This document shows, piece after piece, positions 20,789-28,476 of a DNA stretch of 64,000 nucleotides. The stretch is from Gammaproteobacteria bacterium (GTDB lineage: Bacteria; Pseudomonadota; Gammaproteobacteria; SZUA-229). Numbering within the stretch: position 1 is the stretch's first letter; each line of letters begins with the position of its first letter. Below the pieces are notes generated by a model. That model was not told where the DNA came from. It saw nothing but the letters and a program-made list of their open reading frames with translations, and searched no databases. The stretch spans positions 4,963 through 68,962 of the forward strand of contig JAJRUQ010000003.1 of NCBI GenBank assembly GCA_024277705.1. Reading direction: 5' to 3'. Made by a program: the position numbers and the translations under genes.

Positions 20789-20972
20789 AAAAAACCCCAA
20801 CATAAAGTTGGGGTTTCAGGTCCTTGCTTGGTGATGAGTCTCGCGCTGTAGCTTCCGTTTTAGAATAACGTTTCCCTGTAAACTTTACGCTGCCCTGCGT
20901 CCTTTTCCGTGTTAAATTTCCGTTAGCTACCTTTTATCCGTTTGTCCCTGTATGACTCGTTCCTTGTATCCA
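20789..20972 (-). ncRNA. RsmY/RsmZ/CsrB-like CsrA-sequestering small RNA (predicted)
   Basis: The minus strand has 10 GGA motifs in about 185 nt, several as ACGGA or AAGGA. It ends in the hairpin AAACCCCAAC-tttatg-GTTGGGGTTTTTT. A -10 CATAAT lies at 20979..20984. No credible ORF is present. Confidence 0.7.
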
Positions 20973-21027
20973 TGATGTATTATGGCAGAATTTAGAGGTT
21001 TTACTATCAGCATAAGGGACGAGTCTT

Positions 21028-21045
21028 TGTAGGGATTTTCCTACA
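21028..21045 (-). promoter_or_regulatory. GacA/UvrY-box-like palindrome upstream of the sRNA
   Basis: TGTAGG-N6-CCTACA, compared with the Pseudomonas GacA box TGTAAG-N6-CTTACA. It is centred about 65 nt upstream of the predicted transcription start. Confidence 0.6.
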
Positions 21046-21106
21046 AGAATTTTTACTGAATCTAAATATTTATGTAAGCTCATGTTTTTAAAGGTGGTTG
21101 TTTTTT

Positions 21107-21586
21107 ATGATTGCTTTATTGCAACGGGTTAAGTCTGCATCGGTGACGGTCAATGAGGAAAGAATAGCGAATATAAGTCAGGGTTTACTGGTTTTTCTGG
21201 GTGTTGAAAAACAGGATGATCGTGTTGTCGCTGAAAAACTGGCTGAAAAAATACTTAAATATCGGGTTTTTGCCGACGAAAACGATAAAATGAATCTGAG
21301 TGTGCTCGATATCGGTGGCTCGGTTATCATGGTGCCGCAGTTCACGCTGGTAGCCGATACTCAAAAAGGTTTGCGGCCGAGCTTTTCCAGTGCGGCAGCG
21401 CCGGAAAAAGGATTCACCCTGTTTACTCAACTTATTGATATAATGCGTGAAAAAGCTGAGTCAAGTGTTGAGGGTTCAGAGGCTAACGGATTAAACTCAA
21501 ACTGGTTGCAAACTGGCCGGTTTGGTGCTGATATGGCGGTCGCACTGGTTAATGATGGTCCGGTGACGTTTACGCTGAAAATTTAG
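21107..21586 (+). CDS. dtd: D-aminoacyl-tRNA deacylase
   Basis: MIALLQRV N-terminus, SQFTL-like VPQFTLVADT and the C-terminal NDGPVTF motif. It is about 14 aa longer than typical because of an insert before the C-terminal strand. Confidence 0.9.
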   Translation: MIALLQRVKSASVTVNEERIANISQGLLVFLGVEKQDDRVVAEKLAEKILKYRVFADENDKMNLSVLDIGGSVIMVPQFTLVADTQKGLRPSFSSAAAPEKGFTLFTQLIDIMREKAESSVEGSEANGLNSNWLQTGRFGADMAVALVNDGPVTFTLKI

Positions 21587-21637
21587 CTGAAAAGATAACT
21601 CGACATAGATTCAAAATATTATAAACAGGAGAAACAA

Positions 21638-22231
21638 ATGACACAGCGCCAGGCGAGTGTAGAGCGTAATACACTGGAAACTCAGATTCAGGTGGCGGTA
21701 AACCTGGATGGCAGTGGTGAGTGTAAACTTGATACCGGTGTTCCTTTTCTGGAGCACATGCTCGACCAGGTGGCGCGTCATGGTTTGATTGATTTAAATA
21801 TCATGGCAAAGGGTGATTTGCACATTGATGCCCATCATACAGTTGAAGATATTGGTATCACGCTGGGTCAGGCGTTCAGCAAAGCGATTGGTGACAAAAA
21901 AGGTATCGTTCGTTACGGTCATGCCTACGTGCCACTCGATGAAGCATTGTCGCGTGTAGTGATTGATTTTTCCGGCCGTCCCGGTTTTGAATACAATGTA
22001 AAATTTGAGCGCGCAAGTATCGGTAACTTTGACGTGGACCTGTTTCACGAATTTTTTCAGGGTTTCATTAATCACGCCAACGTAACCTTGCACATTGATA
22101 ATTTAGCGGGTAATAATGCGCATCATATTGCAGAAACCATGTTTAAAGCTTTTGGCCGCGCGCTAAGAATGGCAATCGCTCATGACCCGCGTATGCAGGG
22201 TGTTATGCCCAGCACCAAAGGAAGCCTGTAG
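21638..22231 (+). CDS. hisB: imidazoleglycerol-phosphate dehydratase
   Basis: 197 aa, monofunctional, with [10 protein letters not shown] and HHIAE motifs. Confidence 0.95.
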   Translation: MTQRQASVERNTLETQIQVAVNLDGSGECKLDTGVPFLEHMLDQVARHGLIDLNIMAKGDLHIDAHHTVEDIGITLGQAFSKAIGDKKGIVRYGHAYVPLDEALSRVVIDFSGRPGFEYNVKFERASIGNFDVDLFHEFFQGFINHANVTLHIDNLAGNNAHHIAETMFKAFGRALRMAIAHDPRMQGVMPSTKGSL

Positions 22232-22363
22232 AATTTTTAAGTTGTCCGTTGTTATGAATCTTTATTTTCCCTTTTGTACATTTTTGCTTTCTATGGCTGG
22301 TGTGTCTGCTGCTGACGGTTTGCCGGCATTTCAGGGTGTTTGTCACCTGAGCGGTATGCGGTC

Positions 22364-23014
22364 ATGAGCTCTGTTATTGCTGTTGTTGATTATGGCATGG
22401 GTAATTTACGCTCGGTGCATAAAGCACTGGAGCATGTGGTTGCCGATGGCCAACGGATTGTGGTCAGCTCGGAGGCGCAGGAAATTTCCGCTGCGGAACG
22501 TGTGGTGTTTCCGGGGCAGGGTGCGGCGCAGGACTGTATGAAACAATTGCAGGATCTGAAGCTGGATGAAGTGGTTCTGCATGCGGCGCATGAAAAGCCG
22601 TTTTTAGGCATCTGCATGGGTATGCAGGTATTGATGGCACACAGTGAAGAAAATCAGGGTATAAACTGTTTGAACCTTTTTGCGGGTGATGTGCGCGCCT
22701 TTGCAGATAAAAAACTGTCGGCTCAAATGCAGTCTTTGAAAATTCCACATATGGGCTGGAATGAAGTGACTCAAAAACAGCCGCATCCCTTGTGGCGGGG
22801 TATAAAAGACAATAGCCGCTTTTATTTTGTTCATAGTTATTATGTGGCGCCGGATGATGAGTCGCTGCTTGCCGGCAGTACCGACTATGGAATTGAGTTC
22901 GCCTCGGTCATTGCCCGTGACAATATTTTTGCTGCACAGTTTCACCCGGAAAAAAGTGCCCGCGATGGGTTACAATTACTTGAAAATTTCTGCCGCTGGA
23001 ACGGGCAGGCATAA
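22364..23014 (+). CDS. hisH: imidazole glycerol phosphate synthase, glutaminase subunit
   Basis: VVDYGMGNLRS, the nucleophile elbow GICMGMQ and QFHPEKS. The start is taken at ATG 22364. Confidence 0.95.
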   Translation: MSSVIAVVDYGMGNLRSVHKALEHVVADGQRIVVSSEAQEISAAERVVFPGQGAAQDCMKQLQDLKLDEVVLHAAHEKPFLGICMGMQVLMAHSEENQGINCLNLFAGDVRAFADKKLSAQMQSLKIPHMGWNEVTQKQPHPLWRGIKDNSRFYFVHSYYVAPDDESLLAGSTDYGIEFASVIARDNIFAAQFHPEKSARDGLQLLENFCRWNGQA

Positions 23015-23045
23015 TGGATTCTTACTAAAATTTTGAGATGTAAAA

Positions 23046-23780
23046 ATGTTATTAATACCCGCAATTGATTTAAAAGATGGACAGTGTGTTCGACTGCGTC
23101 AAGGTGACATGGACGACAGCACTGTGTTTTCTGATGACCCGGTGGCAATGGCCGGTCAATGGGTGGCAGCAGGAGCACGCAGACTGCACATTGTCGACCT
23201 GGATGGTGCCTTTGCCGGCAAACCGAAAAATGCTGAAGTAATTCATGACATTGCTTCTGCCTACCCGGATCTGAAAATACAGTTAGGTGGTGGTATTCGT
23301 GATGAAGATACCATTGCCGGTTATCTGGATGCCGGTGTTAATTATTTGATTGTTGGTACCCAGGCGGTCAAGGAGCCGCACTTTATTGCTGAAGTGTGTG
23401 CTGAATTTCCAACGCATATTATTGTTGGTCTGGACGCAAAGGATGGCAAGGTGGCGATTGATGGCTGGTCCAAATTGTCGAAACATGATGTTATCGATAT
23501 GGCCAAACGTTTTCAGGATGATGGTGTGGAAGCGATTGTTTATACCGATATTTCGCGTGATGGCATGATGCAGGGAGTTAATGTTGAAGCCACTGTTAAA
23601 ATGGCGCAGGCCATCAGTATTCCGGTCATCGCTTCGGGCGGGATTACCTCGATGGACGATGTTAAAGCCTTAAGCGCGGTCGCTGATGAAGGTATTATGG
23701 GCGCCATTACCGGGCGTGCTATTTATGAAGGCAGTATCGATCTGGCCGAAGCGCAGGCCTGGCTGGATCAGCAGCAATAG
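23046..23780 (+). CDS. hisA: 1-(5-phosphoribosyl)-5-[(5-phosphoribosylamino)methylideneamino]imidazole-4-carboxamide isomerase
   Basis: [18 protein letters not shown]-terminus and a (beta/alpha)8 HisA pattern, located between hisH and hisF. Confidence 0.95.
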   Translation: MLLIPAIDLKDGQCVRLRQGDMDDSTVFSDDPVAMAGQWVAAGARRLHIVDLDGAFAGKPKNAEVIHDIASAYPDLKIQLGGGIRDEDTIAGYLDAGVNYLIVGTQAVKEPHFIAEVCAEFPTHIIVGLDAKDGKVAIDGWSKLSKHDVIDMAKRFQDDGVEAIVYTDISRDGMMQGVNVEATVKMAQAISIPVIASGGITSMDDVKALSAVADEGIMGAITGRAIYEGSIDLAEAQAWLDQQQ

Positions 23781-23817
23781 CATTCTGCGTTGTAACTAAA
23801 ATAGTTGGCTCTCTATT

Positions 23818-24591
23818 ATGGCACTGGCAAAAAGAATTATTCCCTGTCTCGATGTTGATAACGGTCGCGTGGTAAAAGGCGTGAAGTTTGTTGATATTCG
23901 TGATGCCGGTAATCCGGTCGATGTTGCCCGGCGTTACGATGAAGAAGGTGCCGATGAGATTACTTTTCTGGACATCACCGCAAGTTCGGATGACCGGGAA
24001 ACCATTGTGCATGTGGTTGAAGAAGTAGCCAATGAAGTTTTTATCCCGTTAACCGTTGGCGGTGGTATCCGCTGTGTTGACGATGTCAGACGGATGTTAA
24101 ATGCCGGTGCCGACAAAGTTGCCATTAATACGGCGGCAGTATTTAACCCGGAATTTGTTCGTGAAGTGTCTGATATTGTGGGTTCCCAATGTATAGTGGT
24201 TGCCATCGATGCCAAGCAGGTCAGCGCCGAAGGCGAGCCCTTACGCTGGGAACTGTTTACCCACGGTGGTCGCAAGACTACCGGGCTGGATGCTGTCAGC
24301 TGGGCAAAAAAGATGGTGGCTTACGGTGCCGGGGAAATTCTGTTAACCAGTATGGATCGGGACGGGACTAAAATCGGTTTTGATCTGGCGTTAACGCGGG
24401 CAATTTCACAGGCGGTTACGGTGCCGGTTATTGCCTCGGGTGGCGTTGGTAATCTGCAGCATCTTGCTGATGGTGTCACCGAGGGTATGGCGGATGCCGT
24501 GCTGGCAGCCAGTATTTTTCATTTCGCAGAATACACGATTCACGAAGCCAAGCAGTATATGGCAGAACGTGGCATCGAAATGCGGCTATAG
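23818..24591 (+). CDS. hisF: imidazole glycerol phosphate synthase, cyclase subunit
   Basis: [18 protein letters not shown]-terminus and TVGGGI and ASGG motifs. Confidence 0.96.
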   Translation: MALAKRIIPCLDVDNGRVVKGVKFVDIRDAGNPVDVARRYDEEGADEITFLDITASSDDRETIVHVVEEVANEVFIPLTVGGGIRCVDDVRRMLNAGADKVAINTAAVFNPEFVREVSDIVGSQCIVVAIDAKQVSAEGEPLRWELFTHGGRKTTGLDAVSWAKKMVAYGAGEILLTSMDRDGTKIGFDLALTRAISQAVTVPVIASGGVGNLQHLADGVTEGMADAVLAASIFHFAEYTIHEAKQYMAERGIEMRL

Positions 24592-24622
24592 TTCTTTTTA
24601 CGGGTAGCGATTGATTATAATT

Positions 24623-25006
24623 ATGTTCTGGCTGGATGAAATACATTTTGATGAAAAAGGGCTGGTGCCGGCCATTGCCCAGGATGCCGAAACTGGAAAA
24701 ATATTAATGATGGCATGGATGAACCGTGAAGCCCTGCAGTTAACCGCTGAAAAGAAAGTGGCGGTGTACTGGTCACGTTCCCGCGGTAAACTCTGGTATA
24801 AAGGTGAAGAATCCGGTCATACCCAGAAAATAGTGGATATCCGCTTTGACTGTGATGAAGATGTTATCCTGTTGCAGGTTGAACAAATCGGCGGTATCGC
24901 CTGTCACACCGGCCGGCAAAGCTGTTTTTACCGGCAATTACAGGGTGAACGGTGGGTTGCGGTAGAATCAGTGATTAAAGACCCCGAACAGATATATAAA
25001 AAGTAA
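24623..25006 (+). CDS. hisI: phosphoribosyl-AMP cyclohydrolase
   Basis: [26 protein letters not shown] and the Cys pair in the ...[21 protein letters not shown] motif. Confidence 0.93.
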   Translation: MFWLDEIHFDEKGLVPAIAQDAETGKILMMAWMNREALQLTAEKKVAVYWSRSRGKLWYKGEESGHTQKIVDIRFDCDEDVILLQVEQIGGIACHTGRQSCFYRQLQGERWVAVESVIKDPEQIYKK

Positions 25007-25015
25007 TTAAGTATA

Positions 25016-25348
25016 ATGGACAATCAGCAGATACTGACACAATTAACCACCATACTGGAGCAGCGTAAAGGGCAGAATGCTGATACTTCGTATGTCGCAA
25101 GCCTGTATGATAAGGGCTTGGATGCTATTCTTAAAAAGATAGGCGAAGAAGCAACGGAAACCGTGATGGCGGCAAAAGATGTTGCTCATGGCGCCGGCAA
25201 GGAAAAACTGGTTTATGAAGTTGCTGATTTATGGTTTCACTCCCTGGTTCTGCTTGCTGATCAGGGTTTATCGGCAGATGATGTGCTGACGGAACTGGCC
25301 GCAAGGTTCGGTGTTTCCGGTCATGATGAAAAAGCAGCACGAAAGTAA
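25016..25348 (+). CDS. hisE: phosphoribosyl-ATP pyrophosphatase
   Basis: 110 aa with KKIGEEATE and ADLWFH motifs. It is a separate gene directly after hisI. Confidence 0.92.
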   Translation: MDNQQILTQLTTILEQRKGQNADTSYVASLYDKGLDAILKKIGEEATETVMAAKDVAHGAGKEKLVYEVADLWFHSLVLLADQGLSADDVLTELAARFGVSGHDEKAARK

Positions 25349-25446
25349 TACATGAGAAGACATCATCGTTTACGCCATCTGGCAATACCGTTTGTTATGC
25401 ACGGTGATGAGATAATTAAAGTTAAAGAGATAAGAGAGAAAACATT

Positions 25447-25677
25447 ATGGGTATAAGTATCTGGCAATTATTGATTTTACTGGCCGTTGTTATTTTAATT
25501 TTTGGTACAAAAAAATTGAAAAATGTTGGTGGCGATCTGGGCTCAGCAATAAAAGGATTTAAAAGTGCGGTTAAAGATGAGTCTGCCGGTGAGAACAGCA
25601 ACACGCAAAACAAAGTTGAGCAGGCGGAAGATAATACTGCCGGTACCGAGTCTGTTAAAAAAGAAGATAAAGTATAA
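25447..25677 (+). CDS. tatA: twin-arginine translocase subunit TatA
   Basis: 76 aa. An N-terminal TM helix is followed by FGTKKL and an amphipathic helix. Confidence 0.93.
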   Translation: MGISIWQLLILLAVVILIFGTKKLKNVGGDLGSAIKGFKSAVKDESAGENSNTQNKVEQAEDNTAGTESVKKEDKV

Positions 25678-25748
25678 TCTGTCGTACGGCTAAACGCTCA
25701 TCATCAGGCAGCCTTTGATGCATATGCGGGTAACGGTAATAAAGTGTT

Positions 25749-26144
25749 ATGTTTGACGTTGGATTCTGGGAAATACTACTTATTCTGGTATTAGCGCTGG
25801 TCATTATCGGCCCGGAGCGCTTGCCGGGTGCTGCCCGTAAAGCCGGGTTTTTTGTCGGTAAGGCGCGGCGTTATATCGAAGGTGTACGCACAGAAGTAGA
25901 GTCAGAGCTTGATGTGAATGAGTTCAAACGCATGCTGCATAATCAGGAAGTGCAGATAAATGAATTGCAGCAACAGTTAAAAACAGGTGTTGATTCCGTT
26001 AGGGCCGAGTTGCCAACCGCTGACATTATCAGCGACAGCCCGGCACACAGCCTGCATGACGAAGGCGTTGACCTGGCAGCTGAAAAAAACAGCACAGCAG
26101 CACAACCGCTAAATTCCACCAGCAGCGAAAAAGAAAGCTCCTGA
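25749..26144 (+). CDS. tatB: twin-arginine translocase subunit TatB
   Basis: MFDVGFWEILLI...GPERLP N-terminus, located between tatA and tatC. Confidence 0.9.
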   Translation: MFDVGFWEILLILVLALVIIGPERLPGAARKAGFFVGKARRYIEGVRTEVESELDVNEFKRMLHNQEVQINELQQQLKTGVDSVRAELPTADIISDSPAHSLHDEGVDLAAEKNSTAAQPLNSTSSEKESS

Positions 26145-26156
26145 AGCAGTAGATAA

Positions 26157-27140
26157 ATGGCAACACACAATAATCAGGAAACTGAACAGGACGCTGTGCA
26201 GCAGGAAGAGCAGACATTAATGGATCACCTGATCGAGCTGCGCGATCGTCTGCTGCATATGGTGCTGGCCATTCTTATTGTTTTTATCGCACTGTTTTCG
26301 TTTTCAGAAGATATTTTTACCCTTGCTGCCCAGCCTTTACTGGGTTTGATGCCTGCCGGCACATCAATGATCGCTACCGGTGTGACGTCACCGTTTCTGG
26401 TGCCGTTTAAACTGGTATTGTTGCTGTCAGTACTACTCACTATTCCTTACATATTGCATCAAATGTGGGCCTTTATCGCCCCCGGTTTATACAGCCATGA
26501 GAAAAAAATGGCGACCCCTTTATTGATTTCCAGTGTTGTTTTATTTTATTGCGGTATCGCTTTTGCCTATTTTGTTATTTTTCCCATTCTGTTTGGTTTT
26601 TTTATCGGCATAGCACCGGAAGGCGTCGCGGTAATGACCGATATCGGTCAGTACCTGGATTTTATAATTGCCATATTCCTCGCCTTCGGTATCGCTTTCG
26701 AAGTACCGGTAGCGACTTTTTTATTGATCGCGGCAGGTGTTACCACAGCAGACAAGCTGGCAGATAAACGCCCGTATATTATTATCGGCGCTTTTGTTAT
26801 TGGCATGTTATTAACCCCACCCGATGTCATCTCGCAATCGTTACTGGCGATTCCTATCTGGTTGTTGTTCGAGCTTGGCCTGATTGCTTCGCGCCTGTTC
26901 CTCAAATCAAAAGATGAGGAAGAAGCAAACGTCATCATGCAAACCGATGAGTTTGAGCTGGTGGAAGAGCGTATTGAAGCACCATCGAAAAAGCACAGTG
27001 ATGATAAACGTGTTCATAATGATGATGAAGACGATGAGCCATTAAGCGAAGCAGATATGGAGCAACTGTTTGATGAGGCCGAGCGTGAAGAGGAAGATAA
27101 TAATCGTGAGAGTGGCGACGATAAGACGAAAGACAAATAA
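26157..27140 (+). CDS. tatC: twin-arginine translocase subunit TatC with a long acidic C-terminal extension
   Basis: HLIELRDRL N-terminus and a six-TM core. It is 327 aa long; about 75 extra residues at the C-terminus are very rich in D/E. Confidence 0.92.
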   Translation: MATHNNQETEQDAVQQEEQTLMDHLIELRDRLLHMVLAILIVFIALFSFSEDIFTLAAQPLLGLMPAGTSMIATGVTSPFLVPFKLVLLLSVLLTIPYILHQMWAFIAPGLYSHEKKMATPLLISSVVLFYCGIAFAYFVIFPILFGFFIGIAPEGVAVMTDIGQYLDFIIAIFLAFGIAFEVPVATFLLIAAGVTTADKLADKRPYIIIGAFVIGMLLTPPDVISQSLLAIPIWLLFELGLIASRLFLKSKDEEEANVIMQTDEFELVEERIEAPSKKHSDDKRVHNDDEDDEPLSEADMEQLFDEAEREEEDNNRESGDDKTKDK

Positions 27141-27232
27141 ACGCACAAGACTAACTTCTGTTAGAAAATTCAACGTTACAGGCAGAAAAAGCACGGGAAA
27201 GTATGGCTCGCTATTTTTTCAGCAGCTGTTTT

Positions 27233-27307
27233 TCAGCACCTGGCCATTGCGATCAAACCTAATAAGCCTGAACCAACGAGCCAGGCAGCGGCAGGTAATA
27301 TGTCGGC
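27233..27307 (-). pseudogene. relic 3' end of a PEP-CTERM-type gene
   Basis: The minus strand translates as ADILPAAAWLVGSGLLGLIAMARC-stop, with an in-frame TAA immediately upstream, so no intact gene body remains. Confidence 0.55.
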
Positions 27308-27432
27308 TTATTTTACACTCCGCTTATTCTTCTTTAACACGTTGATATTACAAAATAAATGTCTTTTTTATGTAAAATCTACGGTGTTTACGTTCATTGA
27401 GCGTAATAAAATATTACAGTTAACGTATATGA

Positions 27433-27470
27433 GTCGTTGTAAGTCGTTGTAAGTCGTTGATAAGTTGATA
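27433..27470 (+). repeat. tandem decamer repeat GTCGTTGTAA x2, followed by degenerate units GTCGTTGATAA and GTTGATA
   Basis: Read directly from the sequence. The repeat abuts the -24 element at 27471. Confidence 0.9.
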
Positions 27471-27486
27471 TGGCACGACTTATGCA
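27471..27486 (+). promoter_or_regulatory. sigma-54 type -24/-12 promoter
   Basis: TGGCACGACTTATGCA matches TGGCACG-N4-TTGCA with one mismatch and correct spacing. It lies about 215 nt upstream of the PEP-CTERM gene start at 27703. Confidence 0.55.
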
Positions 27487-27702
27487 CTACTCATAAATAA
27501 GAGTGAAAAAACAGGGGCTGGCATGAAAAAGAACAATTTGCTTTTATCTGTACCTGTTGCACCGCCTGTCATGGTTATGATGACAGGTAATGGATGAATT
27601 ATTGACATGACCAGGGTGGTGTCATTGTATTCAGTGGAAACATTAAAGTTTTAAAAATGTTAATTATGCTAATTAAATGAAATGAAAATAGGAGAGTTTA
27701 TT

Positions 27703-28419
27703 ATGTATACAGACAAATTCAATAAATTACGTTTGCCGGCGATACTGGGAGCCGGTCTGCTGTCATTAGGTATGTTTACTAACAGCTACGCTACGTCAGT
27801 TACTGTACTGGACTTTGAAAACGTCAATGCCACTTATCCAAGCGGCTATGCGTTTGTACAGGATTTCTATAACGGTGGTTTAAGTAGTGATGGTACAAGC
27901 GGTACTGATTATGGTGTTTCGTTTTCATCCAATGCACAGGCTATTTGCCTGAATACCATAGGAACCAGTTGCAGTAATACTTCACGTGGTGGTTTTGGCA
28001 ACCCGAATTCCCAGTTAGGCGCTCTGTTTTTTCTATCCGGAGCAGAAACTTTCATGAATGTAAGCAGTGGTTTCGATACAGGATTCTCGTTTTTCTACAC
28101 CGCTATCCTTCAAACCGGTAGTGTCAGTGTCTATGATGGTTTTAATGGTACAGGTAACTTGCTTGCCACTTTAAGTCTTGGTTTAACCAGCAGCACCTGC
28201 GACTCGGCCTATGGTGCAGGTTTCTGCCCGTTTGTTGCCACAGGCGTTGGTTTTAGCGGTATTGCCAAATCGGTTAGTTTTGCCGGTGTAGCTAATCAAA
28301 TTGTGTTTGACGATGTGACCTTTGGTAGTACTGTACCTGACGTTCCTGTACCGGCAGCTGTATGGCTGTTCGCTTCCGGTCTTATCAGTCTGGTAGGATT
28401 CGCAAGACGTAAAGCATAG
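27703..28419 (+). CDS. secreted protein with PEP-CTERM-type C-terminal sorting domain
   Basis: SD AGGAGA 8 nt upstream of ATG 27703. Signal peptide (LPAILGAGLLSLGMFTNSYA). The C-terminus is VPDVPVPAAVWLFASGLISLVGFARRKA. Confidence 0.85.
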   Translation: MYTDKFNKLRLPAILGAGLLSLGMFTNSYATSVTVLDFENVNATYPSGYAFVQDFYNGGLSSDGTSGTDYGVSFSSNAQAICLNTIGTSCSNTSRGGFGNPNSQLGALFFLSGAETFMNVSSGFDTGFSFFYTAILQTGSVSVYDGFNGTGNLLATLSLGLTSSTCDSAYGAGFCPFVATGVGFSGIAKSVSFAGVANQIVFDDVTFGSTVPDVPVPAAVWLFASGLISLVGFARRKA

Positions 28420-28440
28420 CAGTATTGTTTGTTATCAGTT

Positions 28441-28475
28441 AAAAACAGCAGCCATTAAGGCTGCTGTTTTTATTT
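28441..28475 (+). terminator. intrinsic terminator of the PEP-CTERM gene; also the group II intron target structure
   Basis: AAAAACAGCAGCC-attaa-GGCTGCTGTTTTTATTT. The intron 5' end follows within 1-2 nt. Confidence 0.85.
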
Positions 28476-28476
28476 G

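Noticed and set aside
20450-20851. ORFs 20450..20803(-) and 20648..20851(+) across the regulator 3' end and the sRNA terminator.
   Set aside because: One is antisense to the conserved HTH region of the regulator. The other reads through the terminator hairpin. Neither has an SD or any motifs.
27070-27345. ORF 27070..27345(+), 91 aa.
   Set aside because: It overlaps the tatC 3' end out of frame and runs antisense to the PEP-CTERM relic. It has no SD, and its basic low-complexity translation is not protein-like.
27433-27470. The tandem repeats considered as a possible CRISPR or minisatellite.
   Set aside because: The units are only 10 bp with no spacers, there are three to four copies, and no cas genes are present. 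It is reported as a promoter-proximal repeat instead.
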